Below, piece by piece: positions 13,780 through 25,745 of a DNA stretch of 64,000 nucleotides. The stretch is from Camelus ferus. Lineage: Eukaryota. Both the position numbers and the translations under genes were made by a program. The stretch spans positions 100,008,001 through 100,072,000 of the forward strand of contig NC_045696.1 in assembly GCF_009834535.1 (NCBI RefSeq), written 5' to 3'. The notes beneath the pieces were generated by a model, which was not told the DNA's origin, did no database searches, and saw nothing but the letters and a program-made list of their open reading frames with translations. Position 1 is the stretch's first letter, and each line of letters begins with the position of its first letter.

Positions 13780-14430
13780 GTAGCCACCACAGAGGTGGCG
13801 ACTCCCTCGTTAATTACTTCCCAATTTCCCGCGGATGGCCACGTCGCTGTTCCTCATAGCCTGGAGCCTCAGAAACAACATTTCTGGAGCCTCGCCAGGG
13901 GCAAGAAAGTGAGCAGGGCAGCCTATCCGCGCCTGGAGCCTTACCTGAGGCGGTGGTCCCGCGTCCAGGTCTCACGCCTTCCAGCAGCAACGAGAAGGCT
14001 CAGGGCAAGAGAACCATCTGGACCCCCGGTCTCAGCTGGCTCAGTCCCTATTGCCCAGACCAGGGCAGAGGCAGGGCGCATGCGCACGTACAGGAACCAA
14101 GGCGGCCGGTGGGGGCAGGGCGCGAGGCTTCACCTGGTAGGGATGGTAGCCCAGTGGCCTCCGGAAGCGACCTCAGAAGCAGAGTAAGACCGAGCGAGGG
14201 GCCCAGCTAGCCCAGCGGTACCCCCAGGCAGTCTCAGGACCTATCTAAGGCCAACGTGTTTCCTGCCTGAAACCGCCTTGTAGGCTGCACTTGCTTAGTA
14301 CATCTTTTCACAGCGCTGAGAGCAGCTCTGGATCATGGGCAGAACCTGGGCTCAGGGGAGTCGGCTAGCACTTGGGGGTATTAGAAGGGACGATTAATAG
14401 AACCTGCTAGCTGTCCCTGAACAGTAAGTA
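13780..14430 (+). promoter_or_regulatory. Candidate promoter / non-coding first exon of paralog B
   Basis: GC- and CpG-enriched patch ~4 kb upstream of the ATG exon. NRF1-type motif GGCGCATGCGCA at 14075-14086; candidate + strand donors gtaaga (14184) and gtaagt (14424). Confidence 0.6.
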
Positions 14431-16576
14431 TTAATGACGGCTATGGCTGGAGCCAAAACTATGCTAGACGCCCTGGAACGCCAGAAGTGGGAAGACACAG
14501 GCAGTATCACATTGAGGATAAAGCCGTTAGCTCAGGAGTCCACCTGCATGACTTGAAGCTGCCTCTGCTGCTGACTCTGAGCCGCTTTCTTCCACATGTT
14601 CCTTCCTTGATCATCTCTGAAATTGTGTAATGATCAAAAGTTACAGGAGTTAGAGTATGACGTGTTAACACTATCAGACAGGGTCTATCACTGTAGAATG
14701 TACTCAGTAAAGGCTAGATTTATTATTTTTAATATTTGACCCAGTCCCTAGTATCTCATTTTTCATTACTCGTAGGATGTTAGGGGCATAGAATTATGGG
14801 ACTGTTTTTAGAGCAGTAGTGTTTTTCTAAAATAATTAAGAACATGTATCCCTGTCTTGGGACTATGAGGAACACGTTGACTGGCTTGTTTGTAGGCAAT
14901 TAAGAAGTAAAATTTGGATAAGTAATCCAAATCCAGTTTATTCCTAGTTTTAGGAATGGTAGTTTTAGGATCTTTCAGAATAAGGCATGTTTCCCCTTTG
15001 GGTTGCAGATAACACTTCAATATTTTTCATGCAGTTAAATAGAAATTCAGGCCCCCAAGAGGTGGGTCAAAAGAGTTTCCTGTAATATAAATCGTGGAGC
15101 CATAGTGGGGTATCATCCGCACTGTTTCTCCTCCTTCATAGCAGAGTTTCGTGATTTTCCAATATCCCAGAGCAGCAATGGATCTTATAATGTCTGATAG
15201 AATAATTTTAACAGAGATATATTCATTTGTGTGTAATATATGATGCTTTAATTTCCTCAGAAGCTGCCATTTAACAGTGTTAAAAAGTGTGTAATAATAT
15301 TATAATTCGAAGTTCTGTATTTGTCCTGAAACAATTATGATTCCAGTGGTACAATATGTAATATAACTTTATTAGAGACTGTTTTTCCCCTTTAGTACAA
15401 GATAAATATGATTTTCTATTTCTTGTAAGCTTTACTGGGATTTGTTTCTCACTAGGAGTAGGAAAAGGCATTATTTAAAAGTTAATATGTTAATTAATTA
15501 ATTCAGCCAAGACACAGCTCAGTCATTTAAAAAACTGAGTGGCATTATGTCTTATAATAGACCCATTAAGTTTGAGAAACCCACAAGATCTTTGAAACAG
15601 TAAAGAAGATTGGACAGGGATGCACGTGGTAGGTATCTTTAGTTCACAGGAGCTTTATTCATTCTACCTGGCACATATACAGGTACAACTGTCACTTCAC
15701 ATTTTGCACCAGAGCTTATGACACCACTTCATGCCTGAAATATTATGGATTGTGAAAATTCAAAACCTACAGGAAAGTGAGGACCACCCAGATTTTGTTC
15801 TGCAGTAGTTTTGCCAACAGGTACTTATGCTTTACAAATCTATAGTTTAAGACTCAAAATAATGTAACCAAGTAGGAAAGAAAAGAGCAAATTTGACAAA
15901 TGAGCTCTGTTTAAGAGTCTGTTTAGTTTCCTTTCCTGGGATTTCAGTGCAAGGAGGTAATTCTCCCTGGCCCCATAAAAGGTAAATACTCTTATATTCG
16001 TAGCTGGCACTCATTTGGCAAGGACTCAGGAACTTATGGCACTCCACTGCTTAAGAGCCTCCACCTGTTCCTAATATGATGCAGAGGTATTAGTGTATGA
16101 ATTATTTTTCTAGAACATTATTTCTGACTTGCACTGAGTTTCCCAGGCTCAAACAACTAAATACTAACTGTATTTTAAATTAAAACTTTTTTTCCATCTC
16201 AGATATATAGATTTGCACTCCAGAAACTATGGATCTTTTTTTTTTTTTCCAATTCAGTGGTCTGTTCAGACAAAATTTTTTGCTGTTTAATTTCAAAAAT
16301 AGTATTTCTGGGTATTTATTAGTCAGTATTTGTCCTTGAAATGAGTGCTTTTTTTGGATATCGTAGGCAAGATGAGAGTGACTGAAACAACTGTCCCTTA
16401 AAATTGCTAAGTTGATTAAAAGCCACAGAACATTTTTTTAAAAACTGAGCATATTACAGAGTGGTCCTATGAGAAACAGTTGTTAAGTAAAAACTCAGCT
16501 GTTTAGTTCAGTGTGCTAATTAAGGGCTACTGCTTATTCCTACTCCTGAATTTATTAGTCTATTAATCTTTATTTA

Positions 16577-16609
16577 AATATATATATATATATATATACA
16601 TATATATAT
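16577..16609. repeat. (TA)n microsatellite
   Basis: TA run seen directly, with one CA interruption. Confidence 0.85.
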
Positions 16610-18093
16610 TAAGGTACTCTTAGCATATTTAAAGATAATAGGTATGAATTTTAATATATAATCTTTGATCATAAAAATGTGATGTTGACAAAAGTAATCA
16701 CGGCCAGATACATGTAAGAATTTACTCTCCTTTTTTAGTTCTTCATGGGATAGAGTGTAAGACACTAATATGGCCTTTGAAAACTTTTAGTACACTTTTG
16801 TTACACGTGTTTATTAGCTTATTGTTCCTCTTATTGATTAATTGCAAAATATATATATACAAATTTCCATCTTTTTGCCCTTCTGGCTGAGGTGGTTCCT
16901 GGCCATGGTTACTGACCAGTTAATGGGGTTGCTATTGTTCTAGGAAAATCCAGGGAGTCAAATCTATCAAAAAACATATATTTAAAAAATTTTTGCGGGG
17001 CCAAGAAAACCCATTACTCAACTTCTTCGGTATATACAATTAAGAGATGACTATAATTGGAATAGTCCTAAGAGTTTTACTATATTATTAAATTTTATGA
17101 TTAAAGCAGGCAATGATAAATAAATAATTTAGAAAAGGAAAGGAGAGATGTGGTTTCTTCTTGGGAACACCAGATTTTAGTTAATGATGTGGAAGGCTCA
17201 ACTGACTTTTATTTACCACTTAGGATAAAACAGTAGAAGGAGTTAGTAAAGGGCAGCCAAACCTGGAGAGAGGCTGTGAAGGGGAAGGACTGATCCATAT
17301 TAATGTGTGGTCCAAGACGAATCAATCAGATAACAGCTTTTATCACATGTGTTAATTGTAATTAAAAGGCACATAGAGGGGTTAGGATTTAAAGTGGAGA
17401 GGTAGGGAAAGTAGTGACTGGATGGATAGTAGTGGGAAAGATTAGAATGGAATCAAGGCACTAAATTGTTTTTGTTTGTTTGTAGAAATAACCAACACAA
17501 ATTTTCAGTTGGATTATCATGGTACTGCCATAATTCCCCAGCTTATGTGTTTTGGCTAAAAGCATGTATCGATACATGAAACAGAGAGGCAGGCCTTCTC
17601 AAATTTGCTGTTCAAGCTGGATAGAACATATCCACAGGACCTGGAATCTGGAGAGATATTTGCAGTAGTGTGACCTGATAGCTGACCTCTCTCCTTCTCA
17701 TGCTGGACCATGCCCGCAGCCCAGCCCTGGGGTTGTGTTCACTGTAAAGTCTCTGATTTGTAACTTGGTTACCACGTAGAGTCTTAGGCTCACAGCTTTT
17801 CTTCCTGGCTTTCTGTCTCACTGGCCCCTCTCCTCCTAAGCTTTTTAAAAACTGTCACCATCCTGGGCTGCCCTACAACTTCTAAAGTCCTACTATGAAA
17901 CAGTAGTGGGGAAGGAGTCAAGCTAAAAGGATTTAAATGGCCAGATATGGCTGTAATAGATGGATAAAGAGGAATACCCCATGTGCGTGACTGTACAGCT
18001 TCAGAAGTATCTTGTTCCAACTGTCATTCCTGACTTATAAATTTGTAGACAGTGTATTAATATGAGATCTTCTTTTTCAGAACTCTTTAAATC

Positions 18094-18106
18094 ATGGACA
18101 ACCAAA
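18094..18106 (+). CDS. Paralog B start exon (exon 18081-18106; MDNQ + 1 nt)
   Basis: tctttttcag acceptor; atcATGG Kozak context; ATG GAC AAC CAA A followed by gtaagt. Mirrors the MDKQ|N mini-exon of PLSCR1. Confidence 0.88.
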
Positions 18107-21100
18107 GTAAGTACTTTGCTTTGTTTACTTTCCACCCTATAATGTTAATCCTGTTGTTAACAGGTTTTTGTCATTTTGTTTTATTCAGTTTTGGAAAGAA
18201 CACGATTTACTCTGTGTTGTTTATGCATCAAAATCTAATGTCAGTAGTTGGACTTCAGAGAAGATGTAGACAAATATCCAATACTGTTCATTTTTCCTTT
18301 AAAAAAAAACTTAGAGTAACCTAAGAAATTCTAATCCTATTGGGAAAATTATATAATTATCAATAGTCCATCGAGGTAAGTTTTCCCTATTCTGTGTACA
18401 TTTTATACATAAAAGTTATTCAAATCATACTGGTAAACAGATAATGAATTTAATATGTCATTTATTTGTGTAAAATCCTCATATACATCCCCTGATATAT
18501 ATTTCATAACATACACAAGTATATAGGTTTAAATAAATAACAATCATTATGTTTGTACTCTTTTTCTCTCAAGAAAATTCTAAAATAAGATGAATATTGA
18601 TCAAGCACGTAATAAAAGGCCTCTATTTTTAAAATTTTAATGTTCTAGAGAGAAAAATAATATATATATATATTTGGGGAAATATTAAGAACTAAATCCT
18701 AAGAAGAGCAAAGTTAGAGGGCTGATACTACCCAAAATTGAGACTTACTATAGAAACAGTATCAAGACAGTGTGGTGGTTGCAAAAGAACAAACAAATAT
18801 AGGTCACTGTAACAGAACAGAGAGCCCATAGTTAGATACCCTTAAATACAGTCAACTGATCTTTGACAAAGATATAGGCAATACAATGGAACAAAGATAG
18901 TCTCTTCAACAAATGGTGCTGGATCAACTGGACATCTACTTGCAAGAAAGTAAATCTAGACACTGACCTTACATCCTTCATAAAAAATTAACTCAAAATG
19001 CAGTATAGACCTAAATGTAAAAAGTGAAACTATAAAATCCCTAGAAGATGACATAGGAGAAAATCTAGATAATTGTGGGTATAGCGATGCCTTTTTATAT
19101 ACAACACCAAAAACACAAGAAGTATTTGACAAATTAGACTTCATTAAAATGAAAAGTCTCTGCTCTGCAAAAGACAACATCAAGAAAATTAGAAGACAAG
19201 CTACAGACTGGGAGAAAATATTTGCAAAAGACATATCTGATAAAGGACTGTATGCATAATTGTAATGCAGAGTACTCAAACTCAATAATTAAAACACCCT
19301 ATTAAAAATGGACCAAAGTATTTAAAGGACACCTCATCAAAGAAGATATACAGATGGCAAATAAGCATATGACAGTATGTTCCACATCACACATCATCAG
19401 GCAAGAACATGCAATGGAGAAAAGACAGTCTCTTCGATATGTGGTGCTGAGAAAACTGGACAGCTCCTTGTAAAAGAATGAAACTAGAATATTCTCTAAC
19501 ACCGTATACAAAAATAAACTCAAAGTAGATCAAAGACCTAAATGTAAGATAGGATACTATAAAACTAGAGGAAAACATAGGCAGAACAGTTTTTGACATA
19601 AATTACAGAAATAAGTTTTCAATCCATCTCCTAGAGTAATGAAAATAAAAGGAAAAATAAGCAAATGGGAACTAAACTAAAAAGCTTTTGTACCGCAAAG
19701 GAAACCATGAACAAAATGAAAAGACAACCTACAGAATGGGAGAAAATATTTGCAAATGATGATACTGACAAGGGATTCATCTCCAAAATATACAAACAGC
19801 TCATACAGCTTAATATCAAAAATAAATAAATAAATAACCCAATCAAAAAATGGGCAGAAAGCCTAAATAGACATTTCCCCAGAGAAGACATACAGATGGC
19901 TAACAGGCACATGAAAAGATGCTCAATAGCACTAATTACTGAGAAATGCAAATCAAAACTACAGTGAGATATCACCTCACACTGGTCAGAACAGTCATCA
20001 TTTAATAAGTCTACAAATAGTAAATGCTGGAGAGGGTGTGGAGAAAAAGGAACCCTCCTACACTGTGGGAATGTAAATTGGTTCAGCCACTATGGAGAAC
20101 AGTATGGAATTTACTTAAAAAACTAAAAATAGACTTACCATATGATCAAGTAATCTCACTCTGGAGGATTTACCTGGAGAAAACCAATTTGAAAAGATAC
20201 ACACACCTCAATGTTCAAAGCAGCACTATTTACAATAGCCAAGACATGGAAGCAGTCTAAATGTCCATCAACATATGAATGGGTAAAGCAGATGTGGTAT
20301 ATAGAAACAGATATAGATATAAATACAATGGAATACTACTCAGCCATTAAAAAGAATGAAATAATGCCATTTGCAGCAACATGGGTGGACCTGGAGATTA
20401 TATTAAGTCAGACAGAAAAAGAAAAATACCATATGATATTGCTTATATGTGGAATCTAAAAAAATGATACAAATGAACTTATTTACAAAACAGAAATAGA
20501 GTCACAAACATAGAAAACAAACTTATGGTTACCAAAGGAGAAAAGGTAAAGAGAGATAATTTAAAAGTTTGGGATTACAGATACACACTACTATATATAA
20601 AAAAGATAACTAACAAGGGCCTACTGTATAGCACAGGGAACTATATTCCATATCTTGTAATAACCTAAATGAAAAAGAATCTGAAAATGAATACATATAT
20701 ACATATATATGTACATGTATAATTGAATCACTTTGTTTTATAAATACTGTAAATCAACTATACTTCAATAAAATAAATAAATTAAAATGTTAACTGTTAG
20801 ACAAAAATAAATAAAATTAAAAATTAAAACCATAATTAATTATTGATACTCTCCAAATGTTGTGTGTCTGTCCGTCTGTCTCTATGTATGTTTATCATGG
20901 AAGTACATTTTACTGAAAGCACAATAATGAAATTGGTAGCCTAATTCTTGACTCTTTGTTCGACATATTTTATCATAAATATCATAAAAGTAATTTTTAT
21001 TTATACAGGAGAGTAAAGATTTAGAGTTAATAAAAACAGTACTGAATTTACATTTAGCTAGTGAAATATTAAGTTATACATAAATTAAACCTCAAATTAC

Positions 21101-24100
21101 ACATATTTAATAAAAGTTTTTGTTGATTCTCTGTCTGTTCTGAAAATTGCAGTCATGTAATCACATTTAGGAGATTCACCCCTGGAAGTTTTTGAGTAAT
21201 TTATTTTCTGGGATTAATTGTATTCAGTGAGAGTCGTAGAAAAGAGATGACTGCTTAAACCTGGAAGCTGACGCAATAGAAATGTAGCTACCTGGGATAA
21301 TTCTTACTTTGATTTTGTAACATATGTGAAAGTTTTACTTTTGTATGCATGCTGAACCATGCCTTAACATTTATAAGAAAAATAACTGAGTCATATCACT
21401 ACATATTAGAGAATACATTATTTTTTTAAACCACTGCATAAAAGATGTCAGAAAATGTCAATTAGACCAATGCCGTTTTCAAAATTACCAGGACTTTACC
21501 AACTGCCAAAATTCGTGGTGTACCAGATTTGCAAGTAGGCAGGGGCCCTAGGGACCTGAGATCAAAAGGAATCTCATACAAATACTATGCTATTATGATT
21601 ACTGCAGCTTTGTACAATAGTCAAGTCAGGGAGGTTAATACCTCCAGTTTTGTACTTTTTTCCCAAGATTGCTTTGACAATTCCAGATCTTTCATGAGTA
21701 TATATAAATTTTAGGATTGTTCTAGTTCTATGAAAAAATGTCATGGCTGTTTTGATAGGGGCTGTATTAAATCTATAGATTGCTGTGGGTTGTATGGGCA
21801 TTTTAATAATTCTTCCAATCCATTGGAAGCATATCCTACCATTTCTTTTAATCATCTTCAGTGTCCTTCCTCAGTGTTTTTAATTTTCAGAGTCTAAATT
21901 TTTTATCTCCTTGGCTATGCTTATTCCTAGGTATTTTATTCTCTTTGTTGTGATTTTAAATGGGATTTTTTTACTTTCTCTCTCTGATAGTTCATTATTA
22001 GCATATAGAAAAGTAACAGATTTCTGTATATTAATCTGTATCCTCCAACTTTACTGAATTCATTTATTAGTTCTAATCGTTTTCTGGCGGCTCTGCAAAT
22101 AGGAACAGTTTTATTTCTTTTCTTCCAATTTAGATGCCTTATTTTTTTTTCCTGTCTGATTGTTATGGCTAGAACTGTTGATACTACATTAAATAGAAAT
22201 GTCAAGAGTGGGCATCCTTACCTCGTTCCTGAAATTTAGGAGAAAGGCTTTCAGCTTTTCACCATTCAGTATGATGTTAGCTGTGGGTTTGTCATAAACG
22301 GCCTTTATTATGTTGAGATATGTTCCCTCTATACCAACTTAATCATGCATGGATATTGACTTTTACCAAATGCCTTTGCTATGTCTATTATAGAGATTTG
22401 TTTTAGGGATATATGAATGGTTCAATATTCACATGTCAATCAGTGCAATACACCACATTAGCGGAAAGAAGGATAAAAATCACATGATCATCTCAATGGG
22501 CATTATTTTGTAATAACTTTCAATGGAGTATGATCTAAAAAATACTGAATGACCATTCTGTACACCTGAAATGAGTATAATATTATAAAACAACAATAAT
22601 TCAATTAAAAAAAAACAGAATTTCATAGGCAGAAGGGTATATGCATTTTTATATACCACTCCGAGCAAACAAATCTCCTTGGGAGCTGAATGGCTTATCT
22701 AGTTGTGTAGCCAGAAAACTCTGACTGGGGACTAGATCTCATCCAGATGTTGGCAATTTAAAAAATTTGCAGTAAAAAACCTTTAAGACGTTAAGGTGGT
22801 AAATCTCAATCATGCCTTCACTTAAGTATTAAGCAAAAACTCTCAAAAACACCAGTACCAGGACATTATGCCAGAAAAATTAAATAATAAAACTCTATGC
22901 GAGACCTAGGGATTTTTTTTTTAATTCCTCAGGTGATTATAACATGCAGCCAGGGCTGAGAACCACTGCTGTAAACTCTTATATGGTTGGTATTTGAAGA
23001 ATGATCATCTAGTCTATAATATTCATACAAGGCATTTGGAGAATGATTTAATCCACCCATAGCTAAATAAAAGTGATACATAATTAATTAGGTTATAATC
23101 AGGTTTGAGAGTTTGTGAGAAAAATTGCTCAAATCTATTTCTTAAGTCCAAGACCAGTGAAGCACAGGTCTTTTGTGGCAATGATGATAACAGTGATAGA
23201 TTAAAATTGACAGCTTGCTGTGCCTAATGTGGAAATGATCAATTATCCTCTCTCTAAGAATCTTGTAAAGATTTGATAATGCTAATAATACAACAAATTA
23301 ATTCACATCTCCTCACCCTCACAGGTTTGCCTGTGGTTTGATCTTTGCACTGTAATGAATGATGTTTAAAAACACATATCTGTATAATAATACATATCAT
23401 AGATAGTGCTCAGTGGATAAGTCATTATCTTCCCCTTGCTTTCAGGTTAAAGACCAAAATGCTTAGTTTGGTCCACCACACACAAGGGGCTCCCCTGCCT
23501 TCCCCTTGACTGCTTCTTTAGCCTGTCTCTCTTCTGTTCAGGGGTTCTGGCCATTCTTCAGATTTATAAAGGTCCTATGTTTGTTACTATCCCAGGCTTT
23601 CTCTCTGAAGTGTTCATTCTCTGCCACTGGCCTACATAACTCCTTTGTGTCCATTAGATCTCAGCGGTACTCAGGGAGGCCGTCCCAACTCCCTCACTTT
23701 TTCTCTCCCCATCCAAACATCTTCCTTTGGCACATGTAGTCATAAAACCCTGGTCCCTTCCTTCAAAGTGCTTGTATCTGATTCTAGTTAATCATTTAAT
23801 CACATTGGTGTTTATCTCTTTACTGTAAAGGTGAGTATAAAGTTCTCTCTCCCCTTTGTCAATTGGGGCAGCAGTTACATTTGCATTTCTCATTTTAAAT
23901 CCCAGGGCTCGGTACTCCTAAAAACTTTGTAAGATATAAATCAAACCTCACTTACTGGAACTCACTCTTCTCTTTTTTTTTTTTAGTTGAAGTACAGTCA
24001 GTTACAGTGTGTCAATCTCTGGTGTACAGCACAATGTCCCAATCAAACATATACATACATATATTCATTTTCATATTTTTTCCATTAAAGGTTATTATAA

Positions 24101-25700
24101 GATACTGAACATAGTTCTCTGTGCTATACAAAAGAAACTTTAAAAAAAAATCTATTCTTATGTATAGTGGCCAACATTTGTAAATCTCTAACTCCCAAGT
24201 TTATCCCCTCCCACCCGCTTTCCCCAGTAACCATAAGATTGTTTACTAAGTCTGGGAGTCTGTTTCTGTTCTGTAGATGAGTTCATAGTGTCCTTTCTTT
24301 TTTTAAATTTTAGATTCCACGTATGAGTGATAGCATATGCTATTTTTCTTTCTCTTTCTCATTATCCATGTTGCTGCAAATGGTATTATTTTATTCTTTT
24401 TGTGGCAGAGTAGTATTCCATTGTATAAATATACCACAACTTCTTTATCCAGTCATCTGTTGATGGACATTTAGGTTGCTTCCACGTCTTGGCTATTGTA
24501 TATAGTGCTTCTATGAACATTGAGATGCATGTATCTTTTCCCATTAGAATTCATTCCAGATATGTATCCAGAAGTGGGATTGCTGGATCATATGTAAGTC
24601 TGTTTTCAGTTTTTTGAGGAATCTTCATACTGTTTTCCATAATGGCTGCACCAAACTACATTCCCACCAACAGTGTAGGAGGGTTCCCTTTTCTCCACAC
24701 CCTCTCTAGTATTTATTGTTCACGGACTTTTGAATGATGGCCATTCTGACTGGTGGGAGGTGATATCTCATTGTAGTTTTGATTTGCATTTCTCTGATAA
24801 TTAGTGATACTGAGCATTTTTCATGTCTATTGGCCATTTGTATGTCTTCATTGAAGAAATGCTTCTTTAGGTCTTCTCCCCATTTTTGGATTGGGTTTTT
24901 TTGTTTTGTTTTGTTAAGTTGTATGATCTGTTTATATATTCTGGAAATTAAGTCTTTGTCAGTTGCATCACTTGCAAATATTTTCTCCCATTCCGTAGGT
25001 TGTTGTTTTGCTTATAGTTTCCTTTGCAAAAGCTTATGAGTTTAATTAGGTCCCATTTGTTTATTTTTGCTCTTATTTCTGTTGCCTGAGTAGACTGCTG
25101 TAGGAGAACCATTGCTAAGATTTTTGTCAGAGAATATTTTGCCTATGTTTTCTTCTAGGAGATAAATTGCCTCTTATAGACTTACTTTTTAATAGTGTAT
25201 GTATTTTCTCATCAGTATTCCATTTAAATGTATTTGTAAATTGCTTATTCTAAGTATTAAATTTTGCATAGCCTTTACAGTTACAATGTGGGACACAGTC
25301 CTTTGAAATTGTTCTCCATTTCTGCAGAATTTATATTTTATGTACTGTACATATAAGCTTACAAAGATTTATTATGATTACAAATTCATATGGAATACAG
25401 AGTATATACTTATTAAAGTTCTCCCCATACTGTTGACGACTGAAATAAATGCACAGTCTAAAAGTTGAGAGTTATGTTTTATTTGGTGGACATTTCTGAG
25501 GACTCAAACCCCTTCGAGCCAGGGATGACAGACTCTCAGATCGCTCTGAGGGAATGCTCTGAAGAGGTAGGGGAGGAGCTAGGATATATAGGAGTTTTAC
25601 AACAAAGACCAGGTAGTCAGAACATTAAGGATTACTGATAAAGAAGACCAGACATCTGGAATTTGACACATTGTAAAATGATTATAAATCAATAAAAAAT

Positions 25701-25745
<45 letters not shown>

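Noticed and set aside
13774..14210. 137-aa and 85-aa ORFs
   Set aside because: GC-rich promoter-like sequence with few stops by composition; no recognisable protein.
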